60,988 nucleotides of DNA from Gemmatimonadaceae bacterium. Its GTDB lineage: Bacteria; Gemmatimonadota; Gemmatimonadetes; Gemmatimonadales; Gemmatimonadaceae. The position numbers were made by a program, and so were the translations under genes. Below are positions 1-9,423 of the stretch, one piece after another. Numbering within the stretch: the first letter of the stretch is position 1; each line of letters starts with the position of its first letter. A model generated the notes under the pieces. It made no database searches. It was not told the origin of the DNA and worked only from the letters and a program-made list of their open reading frames with translations. Where the stretch lies: positions 1 to 60,988 of the forward strand of contig JBBDYA010000124.1 in NCBI GenBank assembly GCA_040902005.1, in the 5' to 3' direction.

Positions 1-116
1 CTCCCCCCCCCCCCGTCGGACGCATCCGCAAACGCGCGCGCGGCGGTCACCGCTTCGAGCGCAACCTTGCGCAGTTCGCCGCCGCGCGATTCCGCAAACA
101 CGAGCACGTTCGCCAT
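1..116 (-). CDS. etfA: Electron transfer flavoprotein alpha subunit, 5' part (runs off the window)
   Basis: ATG at 116 overlaps the etfB stop (TGATG); translates MANVLVFAESRGGELRKVALEAVTAA, a typical EtfA N-terminus. Confidence 0.85.
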   Translation of the reverse strand, partial: MANVLVFAESRGGELRKVALEAVTAARAFADASDGGGG

Positions 117-868
117 CAGAGCACCTTGGCCTCGGTCTGAAGAAGGCGCACCAACTCGGGGACCGCGGCGGCTCCCTCACCGATGATGCGTCCCGCCGGG
201 CGGTCCGCCGGAAGCTCCATCTTTCGCACCGTGACGCGGGGCGCGCCGAGCTGCGCCGGTCTGGATTCCAGCGGTTTCTTCTTGGCGGCCATGATGCCCT
301 TGAGCGACGGGTACCGCGGCCGGGCGATGCCCTCGTCGATCGTCACCACCGCGGGGAGCGGGAACTCCAGCATCTCGCCGGCGCCCTCGATTTCGCGTCG
401 TGCCGTGCCCTTTCCACCCGCAATCTCCAGTTTCGAAGCGGCGGTCACACACGGCAGGTCGAGCAGCTCGGCGGTGGCCGTGCCCACGACGCCGCCGGAC
501 GTATCGAAAGCGTACTTGCCGAACAGTATCAGATCGTACCCGCCGTCCTTCAGCTCGGCGGCCAGCGCCTGTGCCACCGCCAGGCCGTCGAACACCGTGG
601 CGTCCGACTTGAGGTGCACGGCGCGATCCGCGCCCATGCTCATCGCCTTCCGTAATGTTTCCTGCACGCTGTCGGGACCGACGGCGACAACCACGGTCTC
701 CCCCGGTCCCTGCTTCTCGTTGATCTGCAGGGCGACCTCCACCGCATACCCGGCGAAATCGTCCAGGTCGAACTTCAGCCCGGTCTCGTCGATGCCGGTG
801 CCCGAGGCGGCGATCCTGAACCGCGACTCGGAATCCGGTGTGCGCTTGATGCAGACGGCGATTTTCAT
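116..868 (-). CDS. etfB: Electron transfer flavoprotein beta subunit
   Basis: MKIAVCIKRTPD start; AMSMGADRAVHL and PRYPSLKGIMAAKKKP motifs; true start is at 868 inside the longer 116..2008 ORF. Confidence 0.93.
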   Translation of the reverse strand: MKIAVCIKRTPDSESRFRIAASGTGIDETGLKFDLDDFAGYAVEVALQINEKQGPGETVVVAVGPDSVQETLRKAMSMGADRAVHLKSDATVFDGLAVAQALAAELKDGGYDLILFGKYAFDTSGGVVGTATAELLDLPCVTAASKLEIAGGKGTARREIEGAGEMLEFPLPAVVTIDEGIARPRYPSLKGIMAAKKKPLESRPAQLGAPRVTVRKMELPADRPAGRIIGEGAAAVPELVRLLQTEAKVL

Positions 869-942
869 GGCGTGGTAAGATACTCTCCCACCTACCTCGA
901 CTGAATCCGGGATCTCATGCGGCACATTGGCCCCGCCGCGGG

Positions 943-2115
943 TTACTTGAACGCGCTGAGCCCCGTGATCGCCTGCCCCAGCACCAGCGAGTGGATGTCG
1001 TGCGTTCCCTCGTAGGTGTATACGCTCTCGAGATTGACCATGTGGCGCATCGCGGCATACTCGGCAAGAATGCCCACGGCGCCGAGCAGGCGGCGACATT
1101 CGCGCGCGATGTCCGTCGCGACACTCACGTTGTTGCGTTTGGCCAGTGACACCTGCTGTGGCGTGAACGTTCCCGCGTCCTTCATGCGTCCGAGTTGCAG
1201 CGACAGCAACTGCGCCTTGACGATTTCCGTCAGCATGTCGGCGAGGCGTTCCTGCTGGATCTGGAACCCGCCGATCGGCTTGTCGAACATCACGCGGTTT
1301 TTCGCATACGAGACCGCCTCCTCGAAGCACGCGATCGCGGCGCCGGTGGCGCCCCAGGCAATGCCGTAGCGCGCCTGCGTGAGGCACATCAGGGGGCTCT
1401 TGAGTCCGCCCGATTGCGGAAGGACTGCGTCGGCGGGCAGTTGCACGTCCTGAAATACCAGCTCGCTCGTGTCGCTGGCGCGCAACGACAGCTTGCCCTT
1501 CTGGTCCCTGGCGCTGAACCCTTTCGCTCCCCGCGGCACGATGAACCCGCGGATGGACCTGTCCGAGCTGTCGCCGTTGGTCTTCGCCCACACCACGGCG
1601 ATGTGCGCCGTGGAGCCATTGGTGATCCACATCTTTGCGCCATTCAGCAGCCATGTGCCGTCTTTCTGCTCGCGCGCCATGGTGATCATGCCACTCGGGT
1701 TTGACCCGTAGTCCGGCTCGGTGAGCCCGAAGCAGCCGATCACGTCGCCCGCGGCCATGCTCGGCAGGTAATGGCGCTTCTGCTCTTCGCTGCCGAAAGC
1801 GTAGATGGGATACATCGCCAGGGCACCCTGGACGGACGCGAACGAGCGCACGCCGGAATCCCCGCGTTCCAACTCCTGCATGATCAGGCCGTACGCCACG
1901 TTGTTCAGCCCCGCGCAGCCGTACTCCTCGGGGAGGTTCGCGCCGAACACGCCAAGGGCGGCCATCTCCGGGATGAGGTCCTTCGGAAAGCGGCCGTCCA
2001 CGTGACACTGGCCGATGATGGGCAGCACGCGTTCGTCAACGAAGCGGCGCACGCTGTCGCGAACCGCGCGTTCTTCCTCCGAGAGCAGCGCGTCGATGCC
2101 GAAGAAGTCCATCAT
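943..2115 (-). CDS. gcdH: Acyl-CoA dehydrogenase, glutaryl-CoA dehydrogenase-like
   Basis: GCFGLTEPDYGS, LNGAKMWITNG and YTYEGTHDIH motifs; directly upstream of etfBA. Confidence 0.85.
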   Translation of the reverse strand: MMDFFGIDALLSEEERAVRDSVRRFVDERVLPIIGQCHVDGRFPKDLIPEMAALGVFGANLPEEYGCAGLNNVAYGLIMQELERGDSGVRSFASVQGALAMYPIYAFGSEEQKRHYLPSMAAGDVIGCFGLTEPDYGSNPSGMITMAREQKDGTWLLNGAKMWITNGSTAHIAVVWAKTNGDSSDRSIRGFIVPRGAKGFSARDQKGKLSLRASDTSELVFQDVQLPADAVLPQSGGLKSPLMCLTQARYGIAWGATGAAIACFEEAVSYAKNRVMFDKPIGGFQIQQERLADMLTEIVKAQLLSLQLGRMKDAGTFTPQQVSLAKRNNVSVATDIARECRRLLGAVGILAEYAAMRHMVNLESVYTYEGTHDIHSLVLGQAITGLSAFK

Positions 2116-2141
2116 AGGGAATGGGAATGGGTGGAAGGCCG

Positions 2142-2852
2142 TCAGGCGGCCACGGTGCGCCGCGCAAAGGGCGAGATGCCGATCGCGCGCGCCTTGGCGC
2201 GAAATGCCGTGCGGTGGTCGATGGGGAGGCCGCGCTCATCCTGCCACTGATGCACCATCTCGTGCAGCAGCGTGTGGAGCGCCTCCTCCCAGCCGTGACG
2301 GCGAAGGTGGCGCCGGCTGATGGCGATCTCCGGTGGGTCGCCGCTCCTGGTGGCGGCGGTGTAGTGCCCAAGGCGCGCGCGCATCCGGCGCGAAACGCGG
2401 ACCTGGAGCGCATGCAATCCGCCCCCGAAGAAATCGCGGTTGAATCGCGCGTGCCACTCGGTGAGCCGGTTCGCGAGCACCGCGTCATCCGGGTGAGTGG
2501 TGCCGCGGCGGCCACGGGCCGGCGCGGTCTGGATCGGGAACTCCAGCAGGCGGCGGCGCGCACGCAGGCGCTCCCCGCGCGTGGCGCCTTCCACAAAGCG
2601 GACGATCGCGGCGAGAACGTCGTCCGGCGCCGTCAGGTAGCCTTCGTGCACACGCAACTCGCTGGGGCTGAAACTGACCATGACATTGCGATTCCTGGTC
2701 AGCCGGCACTGCGCGATCCGACGCAAGCCGAGAGCACGCAGGTTGCGCAGCAGATCGTCAGCCGTGCGCGGCGACTCGCTGAGCACCAGCGCCAGTTGCG
2801 CGGCATGCGAATCGTCCGACGTGCGCGGCCGGGGCGTCAGCGTTTGAAGCAT
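2142..2852 (-). CDS. SprT-like zinc metalloprotease domain protein
   Basis: TLLHEMVHQWQ (HExxH) plus downstream DHRTAF; RMRARLGHY motif. Confidence 0.8.
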   Translation of the reverse strand: MLQTLTPRPRTSDDSHAAQLALVLSESPRTADDLLRNLRALGLRRIAQCRLTRNRNVMVSFSPSELRVHEGYLTAPDDVLAAIVRFVEGATRGERLRARRRLLEFPIQTAPARGRRGTTHPDDAVLANRLTEWHARFNRDFFGGGLHALQVRVSRRMRARLGHYTAATRSGDPPEIAISRRHLRRHGWEEALHTLLHEMVHQWQDERGLPIDHRTAFRAKARAIGISPFARRTVAA

Positions 2853-3670
2853 AGCCGCGGACCCGGCATGAACGCCCGGGCGTCGGTGGACCAGATCAGC
2901 GTGTGCACGTCGATGTCGTCCTGCGTGATGCGGATGATGTTCACGGAGGACGGTCGGCCGCCGCGCGCGCGGTTGGAAATCGTGCCCGCCGTGGAGATCA
3001 CCGTCCCCTTCTTCGTGTGCTCGATGTAGTGCACTGCTTCCTGGTGATCGTGGCCGCAGAGCACCAGGTCGACCGCCATCTCGGCGAAGGCGCCCAGGAT
3101 GCGATTCGTGTGCCTGAGGCCGTGTCGGCCGGACAGTTCGCCTTTGACCGGGTTGTGATGCATCACGATGATGCGGGCGTCCGCCGCGGGCGACCGGGAA
3201 AACTCGGCGGCGGCGAGCGCCAGCTGCTCCTCCCGGACGTACCCGATGATCGAGATGTCACGCAGCCGCCACGTCAGCGTTTCCGGAATCACGCCGTGCG
3301 AGGTATTCAACCCCACGAGGGTGGCGCCCGGTACCCGGATCACGGGCTCGATGTTCTCGTTGATGTACTGCCGGTACCTGTGGAGCAGCTTGCGTTCGTC
3401 CCCCAGCCCGAGCGGGGCCCGCCACCAGGCCACGTCGTGGTTGCCGGGAATGACCATGACCCGACTCGCCCGCTCGGCGTGCCGGATGAACGCGCGGGCG
3501 CGCTGAAACTCGCCCGCGCGCGCCCGCTGCGTCAGGTCCCCGGAGATCGCGACAACGTCGTTCTCCTGCTCCTGGATGAGCGTCTCGATGGCTTCGTACT
3601 GCTCCGGAATGGCCGGGTGTCCGAAGTGGAGATCTGAGCAGTGCAGCAGCCGAGGGGCGGACATCGTCAC
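2837..3670 (-). CDS. Calcineurin-like metallophosphoesterase (CpdA-like)
   Basis: SDLHFG, ISGDLT, PGNHD, MHHNP and CGHDH motifs. Confidence 0.88.
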   Translation of the reverse strand: MTMSAPRLLHCSDLHFGHPAIPEQYEAIETLIQEQENDVVAISGDLTQRARAGEFQRARAFIRHAERASRVMVIPGNHDVAWWRAPLGLGDERKLLHRYRQYINENIEPVIRVPGATLVGLNTSHGVIPETLTWRLRDISIIGYVREEQLALAAAEFSRSPAADARIIVMHHNPVKGELSGRHGLRHTNRILGAFAEMAVDLVLCGHDHQEAVHYIEHTKKGTVISTAGTISNRARGGRPSSVNIIRITQDDIDVHTLIWSTDARAFMPGPRLCFKR

Positions 3671-4680
3671 AGCTGACCGATCACGGCGTCGGTGAATTCG
3701 TCCGTCGTGGCAGTGCCGCCGAGGTCGCGGGTGAGCGTTTGCCCGTCGCGGACGACCGTTTCCAGCGCTCGCCTCACCCGCTGGCCGCGCTCGCCCTCCC
3801 CGACGTGCTCCAGCAGCATGCAGCCCGCGAGAATCAGGGCACCCGGGTTCGCCACCCCCTTGCCCGCGATGTCCGGCGCCGTGCCATGCACGGCCTCGAA
3901 GATGGCCCCGTGGAGTCCGATATTGGCGCCGGGAGCGAGTCCAAGCCCGCCGACGAGCCCGGAGATCTGATCGGACAGGATGTCCCCGAACAGGTTGGTG
4001 GTAACGATCACGTCGAATCGCTCGGGATTGAGCACGAGGTTCATGGCCATCGCGTCCACGATGCGCTCCTCGAACTCGACGCGTCCACCATACTCGCGTG
4101 CAATCACGCGCCCCGTGTCGAGAAAGAGTCCCTGCGACAACTTGAGGATGTTCGCCTTGTGCACGAGCGTCACCTTCCGCCGGTTGTGCTTTACGGCGTA
4201 CTCGAACGCGTAGCGCACGATGCGCTCGGAGCCCGCGCGCGTGATGATGGCCGTGGACTCCGCGGCCGCGCGTGGATCGTCCCCCACCTTGATGTAGTGC
4301 TCGATGCCGACGTACAGCCCCTCGGTATTCTCGCGGATCAGGACGAGGTCGAGGTTCTGATACCGGCCGCCGGGAACGATCGAGTAGGCCGGCCGTACGT
4401 TGGCGTACAGATCGAACGTCTTTCGGAGCGCAACGTTGATGGAGCGGAATCCTTCGCCCACCGGGGTTTCGAGCGGCCCCTTGAGGGCGATGTGCGTCCG
4501 CTTGATGGAGTCGAGCGTCGCGTCCGGAATGGGGTCGCCGAACTTTGCGACCCCCGCCATGCCGGCGACCTGCACGTCCCAGTCGATCTGCGCGCCCGCC
4601 GCTTCGAGAATGCGCACCGTGGCGGTGGTGATGGACGGCCCGATGCCGTCTCCAGGGATCAGCGTGACGGCTACACCCAT
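3667..4680 (-). CDS. icd: NAD-dependent isocitrate dehydrogenase (isocitrate/isopropylmalate DH family)
   Basis: [35 protein letters not shown] and [12 protein letters not shown] motifs; ATG at 4680. Confidence 0.85.
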   Translation of the reverse strand: MGVAVTLIPGDGIGPSITTATVRILEAAGAQIDWDVQVAGMAGVAKFGDPIPDATLDSIKRTHIALKGPLETPVGEGFRSINVALRKTFDLYANVRPAYSIVPGGRYQNLDLVLIRENTEGLYVGIEHYIKVGDDPRAAAESTAIITRAGSERIVRYAFEYAVKHNRRKVTLVHKANILKLSQGLFLDTGRVIAREYGGRVEFEERIVDAMAMNLVLNPERFDVIVTTNLFGDILSDQISGLVGGLGLAPGANIGLHGAIFEAVHGTAPDIAGKGVANPGALILAGCMLLEHVGEGERGQRVRRALETVVRDGQTLTRDLGGTATTDEFTDAVIGQL

Positions 4681-4705
4681 GATCGATTCCCAGCCATCAC
4701 GGCGG

Positions 4706-5356
4706 TCACGGCTCGACGAACAGCAGCACCAGCCGTTCGGCGATCTGGTCCAGCGCTCGTGTCGGCTCCGCCAAGGCCGTATCACTCGCGAGCTCCCCGA
4801 CCCACCGGGCTTCCGCGAACCGGGGATCGAGGAGCACCACGCGGAGCACCGCGCGCGCGCCGTCGAACCGCAGCTCGACGGGCACCAGCACAAACCGTGC
4901 ATCGGCGTGCAGCGCAATCAAGGTGCGCAGCTGCGAGGACAGCGGCTCGCCGTACCGCTTGCCCGCCTCGAACGCCTGGGAGCGAATCGGCTCCACGGCG
5001 AGTTGGTGCGGGTTGGTCGCGTACGTGCGATTGCGCTCGAAGGCGCGCTCGAGCTCGGGCGGGAGGATCCAGTGCGCGCCGAGCCCCGTTTCCCGCAGGC
5101 GCGTGGCGATCGCGCTGTCCAGGCGGAGCCCCACGGCCCGCGCGCTGCCGGCCTGGCGCACCCAAGACGTGGTATCCGCGGCCCGAACGCGCGCGGTGGG
5201 CGTCACCACCACGCGCTGCGGCGCGTACGCGGACAGCGGCGTGGCCGTTTCCGGCGACGGCGCCGCGCCGCCGCCGCGGTTGCACGCCTGCAGCATGGCC
5301 AATGGGGCCAGCGCGGCGAGCGCGACGATCGAGCCCAGGCGGAGTGTTGGCGGCAC
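4706..5356 (-). CDS. Hypothetical lipoprotein
   Basis: Hydrophobic N-terminus with lipobox-like LQAC; first gene of the icd-etf run. Confidence 0.6.
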   Translation of the reverse strand: MPPTLRLGSIVALAALAPLAMLQACNRGGGAAPSPETATPLSAYAPQRVVVTPTARVRAADTTSWVRQAGSARAVGLRLDSAIATRLRETGLGAHWILPPELERAFERNRTYATNPHQLAVEPIRSQAFEAGKRYGEPLSSQLRTLIALHADARFVLVPVELRFDGARAVLRVVLLDPRFAEARWVGELASDTALAEPTRALDQIAERLVLLFVEP

Positions 5357-5419
5357 GGCTGAAAGCTAATGGGGAACGCGGAGATTGACCGCTCCTCCCC
5401 GGCCCCACACCTTAGCGCG

Positions 5420-7483
5420 ATGAAAAAGCTCTTCTCCGCCGCCGGCTGGGCGGCGGTCGCGATCATCGGCACGGGCGCGATCGCCTGGGCCGCCCTCTCG
5501 CGCGGCGAGACCATCAGTGCAGCGTGGCTGATCACGGCGGCGATCTGCACCTATGCGATTGCCTACCGTTTCTACAGCAAGATCATCGCGGCGAACGTCT
5601 TCGCGCTGGATGCGGCTCGCCCGACCCCCGCCGTGCGGTTGAACGATGGCCGGGATTATGTGCCGACCAATCGCTGGATCGTCTTCGGCCACCACTTTGC
5701 GGCGATCGCCGGCCCCGGCCCGCTCGTGGGTCCGACGCTGGCCGCGCAGTTCGGGTACCTCCCGGGAATGCTGTGGATTCTCGTGGGCGTGGCGCTCGGC
5801 GGCGCCGTGCAGGACTTCGTCATCCTGGCGTCGTCGGTCCGCCGCAACGGAAAGTCGCTCGGACAAATGGCAAAGGAGGAAATCGGCCCGGTCGCGGGAT
5901 TCACGGCGCTGGTCGCCGTGCTCGGCATTATGATCGTGCTGATCGCGGTCCTGGCGCTGGTCGTCGTCAACGCGCTGCGTGGCAGCCCGTGGGGGACGTT
6001 CACCATCCTGCTGACGATCCCCATCGCCATGTTCATGGGCGTCTATATGCGCTGGATGCGCCCGGGACGGGTGCTGGAAGCCAGCGCCATCGGCGTGGCG
6101 CTGTTGGTCTTCGCGCTCTATGCAGGCAAGTGGGTGGCAGCCAGCCCGACGCTTGCGCCCGTCTTCACGCTGAGCGGCCCGACGCTCGCCTGGGCCATCA
6201 TGATCTACGGATTCGCCGCCTCCGTCCTCCCGGTGTGGCTGCTGCTCGCGCCACGCGACTACCTCTCCGCCTTCGTGAAGATCGGCGTCGTGATCGGGCT
6301 GGCGATCGGCATCATCATCGTGCTGCCCCCGCTGCAGATGCCTGCGCTCACGCAGTTCATCGATGGCACGGGACCCGTGTTCGCCGGCGCGCTCTTTCCC
6401 TTCGCGTTCATCACGATCGCCTGCGGGGCGATCAGCGGCTTCCACGCGCTCATCTCGAGCGGCACCACGCCCAAGCTGCTGGAGAACGAGAAGGATGCGC
6501 GGCTGATCGGGTATGGCAGCATGCTGATGGAGTCCGGCGTGGCGATCATGGCCCTGATCGCGGCATGCGTGCTGACCCCGGGAGTGTACTTCGCGATCAA
6601 CGCGCCTGCGGGCATCCTCGGCACCACGGTGGAGACGGCTGCCCAGACCATCCAGACATGGGGATTCGTCGTGACGCCGGAGGAGCTCACGGCCCTCGCG
6701 GCGAACATCGGCGAGACGTCCGTGCTCTCGCGTACCGGGGGCGCACCCAGTCTCGCCATCGGCATGGCGTTCATTTTCTCGAGCGTGTTCGGCGGGGGCG
6801 CGCTGGCGCTCTGGTACCACTTCGCGATCATGTTCGAGGCCCTGTTCATCCTGACGACGGTGGACGCCGGCACGCGCGTCGGCCGATTCATGGTCCAGGA
6901 TCTCGGGAGACACCTCTGGGCGCCGCTCGGCCGCACCTCGTGGTATCCCTCGGTGCTGATCTCGAGCGCGCTGAGCGTCGCCATGTGGGGCTACTTCCTG
7001 TACACCGGCGTCATCGATCCGCTCGGCGGCATCAATTCGCTCTGGCCGTTGTTCGGCATCTCGAATCAGCTGTTGGCCATCGTCGCGCTCTGCGTGGGCA
7101 CCACGGTGATCATCAAGATGAACAAGGCCCGGTACGCCTTTCTCACGCTCCTCCCGCTGGTGTGGCTCGCGATCGTGACCATGACCGCTGGCTTCATGAA
7201 GATTTTCTCAGCAGACCCCCGGCTCGGGTTCCTGGCGCACGCGCAATTGCTGCGCGACAGCATCGCCTCGGGCAGCCTGCCGGCCGGCGTGGCCTCAGTC
7301 GCGACCGCGAGCCGGCTCATCTTCAACAACTACCTCAATACCGCGGTGGCCGCCTTCTTCATGGTGTCCGTCATCGTCATCATCGTGGACAGCCTGCGGG
7401 AGTGGATCGCGGTCGTGAGCGGGCGCAAGCCGGCGGTCAGTACGGAAGTGCCGTACGAGGCGGCGCGGATGGCCGCTGACTGA
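5420..7483 (+). CDS. cstA: Carbon starvation protein A family peptide/pyruvate transporter
   Basis: FGHHFAAIAGPGPLVGP, IACGAISGFHALISSGTTPK and LWPLFGISNQLL motifs; ATG 5420 preferred over 5369. Confidence 0.95.
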   Translation: MKKLFSAAGWAAVAIIGTGAIAWAALSRGETISAAWLITAAICTYAIAYRFYSKIIAANVFALDAARPTPAVRLNDGRDYVPTNRWIVFGHHFAAIAGPGPLVGPTLAAQFGYLPGMLWILVGVALGGAVQDFVILASSVRRNGKSLGQMAKEEIGPVAGFTALVAVLGIMIVLIAVLALVVVNALRGSPWGTFTILLTIPIAMFMGVYMRWMRPGRVLEASAIGVALLVFALYAGKWVAASPTLAPVFTLSGPTLAWAIMIYGFAASVLPVWLLLAPRDYLSAFVKIGVVIGLAIGIIIVLPPLQMPALTQFIDGTGPVFAGALFPFAFITIACGAISGFHALISSGTTPKLLENEKDARLIGYGSMLMESGVAIMALIAACVLTPGVYFAINAPAGILGTTVETAAQTIQTWGFVVTPEELTALAANIGETSVLSRTGGAPSLAIGMAFIFSSVFGGGALALWYHFAIMFEALFILTTVDAGTRVGRFMVQDLGRHLWAPLGRTSWYPSVLISSALSVAMWGYFLYTGVIDPLGGINSLWPLFGISNQLLAIVALCVGTTVIIKMNKARYAFLTLLPLVWLAIVTMTAGFMKIFSADPRLGFLAHAQLLRDSIASGSLPAGVASVATASRLIFNNYLNTAVAAFFMVSVIVIIVDSLREWIAVVSGRKPAVSTEVPYEAARMAAD

Positions 7484-7487
7484 GCCC

Positions 7488-9296
7488 CTAGTCCTTGCCG
7501 GTCGACCCGCCGCCCGACAGTGACTTCCGGGCACGCTCCGCGCTGGCCATCCACATCTTCACCAACTCACCCCGCACCGGCGGAACGTTCTCTCCGCTGG
7601 GCCGGCCCGACACGCGCGCGCGCTCCCGACGGCGGATGCGCCACTCGGGCACGCCCAGGATGAAGTAGGCGAAATAGACCGTCAGGAGCGGGATCGCCCA
7701 GCGGGACGCGGTGCCCTGCGCCGCGGTCATGCCGCCGTCGGCCAGCCACGCCATGACCCACCGGCTCATGCCGGTGACCGCGATGAGGGCACCGGCGACC
7801 TGCATCCAGAGTCGTCCGCGCCGGAAGCCGAGCAGCGCGCTTCGCATGGGACCCGGCACCAGCGCAAAATCTCCCGTGCCGTTCACCAGCGCGCCCGCGT
7901 CCCGCCGCGCATCACAGAACACGTCCGACACCACCCAGGACGGATACCCGGATTTCACCGCCCAGCGCCATTGCTGGAGGGCCACCAGCGCGTAGAAGAG
8001 GAAGAGCGCCGCCAGGCCGAAGATGATCGCGAAGCTCGCGCCGAGGATGGCGGACCGGAGCACGCTGGTATCCGCGCCCGCCTGACGCAGCACCGCCATG
8101 TCGGGCCAGACGGCCAGCGTGCCGAAGAACAGCGCGACGGACGCGGACAATGCGGCGACGGCGCCGAGCAGCCGCGCGCCCGCGCCCCGCACGCGGGACA
8201 TCCCCGGCGGCGGCCACTCCACCGTCTGCTTCTCGCCCGGACTGAGGAAGTGCACGATCTCCTGGGCGGTGGGACGATGGGCGGGCGTCTTGTCGAGGCA
8301 GCGGGCCAGGAGGGTGGCCATCTCGTCGCTCACGTCGGACCGCAGCGCGTCCACGCGCGGCGGGATGTCGCGCATGTGCGAGGCCATCACCGCGATGGGT
8401 GCCCCCTCGAACGGCGGCCGCCCCACCAGCAGTTCGAACGCGAGCACACCCAGACTGTACACGTCGCTGAGACCGTTGACCTCCTCGCCATTGCCCTGCT
8501 CCGGACTCATGTACGTCGGCGTGCCGAGATACATGCCCTCGGCGGTCAGGCGACCGCCCTGACTCTTCCGCTTGGAGCTGCTGGACGCAGCCGAGATGCC
8601 GAAGTCGAGCACCAGGGCACGCCCCGTCTCGCCATCGAGCACGATGTTGTTCGGCTTGATGTCGCGGTGAAACACCTTGCGTCGGTGCGCCGCCGCGAGC
8701 CCGGCCGCGACGTCCGCCATGAGCCGGCGAACGCGCGCCTCCGTCAGCATCATGCCATGCAGCGCGCCCATGCCGAGGGTGGGCCCGTCGACGAACTGCA
8801 TCACGAAGTAGGGGATGCCGTGGCCCGGAATCTCTCCCACCTGGTAGACGTTGACGATGTTGGGGTGCGAGACCGCGGCGATCGACTCGGCCTCGCGCGT
8901 GAAACGCTTGCGCGCCACTGCGTCATCGGCGAGCGAGGGCGAGAGCAGCTTGACCGCCACCTCGCGCTTGAGCACCGAATCGCGCCCCACGAAGACCAGC
9001 GCCATCCCACCCTCGCCGGCCATGCCGAGGATGCGGATGTTCGGCAGCAGCGCCTTCACCACGTCCGCGTAGAGATCCTGGAGCTCGGCGGGGGGCCGCT
9101 GGAAGCGGACCCATTCTCCGGACCGGATCTCCCCGGAGGGAACGGAGCGCTTGAACGGCGGCGCCGGCGCCTCGCAGACAGCGCAAGCGCTCGCGCGCAG
9201 GGAAACAGGCGCGTGACACACCGTGCAGTGCGGGAACTCCATCACACTACTCCCTTGCGAACGGGCGTCCGGGGGGGGGGGCGATGTCTGCGACAC
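7488..9296 (-). CDS. Hanks-type Ser/Thr protein kinase with N-terminal Zn-ribbon and C-terminal TM helices
   Basis: GEGGMA, VAVK, HRDIKPNN, DFG and GTPTYMSPE motifs; CTVC..CAVC at the N-terminus; start may be ATG 9242. Confidence 0.9.
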   Translation of the reverse strand: MSQTSPPPPDARSQGSSVMEFPHCTVCHAPVSLRASACAVCEAPAPPFKRSVPSGEIRSGEWVRFQRPPAELQDLYADVVKALLPNIRILGMAGEGGMALVFVGRDSVLKREVAVKLLSPSLADDAVARKRFTREAESIAAVSHPNIVNVYQVGEIPGHGIPYFVMQFVDGPTLGMGALHGMMLTEARVRRLMADVAAGLAAAHRRKVFHRDIKPNNIVLDGETGRALVLDFGISAASSSSKRKSQGGRLTAEGMYLGTPTYMSPEQGNGEEVNGLSDVYSLGVLAFELLVGRPPFEGAPIAVMASHMRDIPPRVDALRSDVSDEMATLLARCLDKTPAHRPTAQEIVHFLSPGEKQTVEWPPPGMSRVRGAGARLLGAVAALSASVALFFGTLAVWPDMAVLRQAGADTSVLRSAILGASFAIIFGLAALFLFYALVALQQWRWAVKSGYPSWVVSDVFCDARRDAGALVNGTGDFALVPGPMRSALLGFRRGRLWMQVAGALIAVTGMSRWVMAWLADGGMTAAQGTASRWAIPLLTVYFAYFILGVPEWRIRRRERARVSGRPSGENVPPVRGELVKMWMASAERARKSLSGGGSTGKD

Positions 9297-9423
9297 GAAA
9301 GAGCCGGTGGCCTTCTTGTGATGCCAGTCACAACATTACGGCGTTCGCGCACGAGCGCTAGACTGGAGAACGCCCGATCGCGAGCGTTTGCCGGTCTGTC
9401 ACCCATCACCTCCAAACTCGCAG

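Noticed and set aside
116..2008. 630-aa EtfB fusion; likewise the long 5' extensions of the M1 peptidase (to 19964) and prolyl oligopeptidase (to 54854)
   Set aside because: The extensions are stop-poor high-GC frames overlapping real genes; family homology begins at the downstream ATGs.
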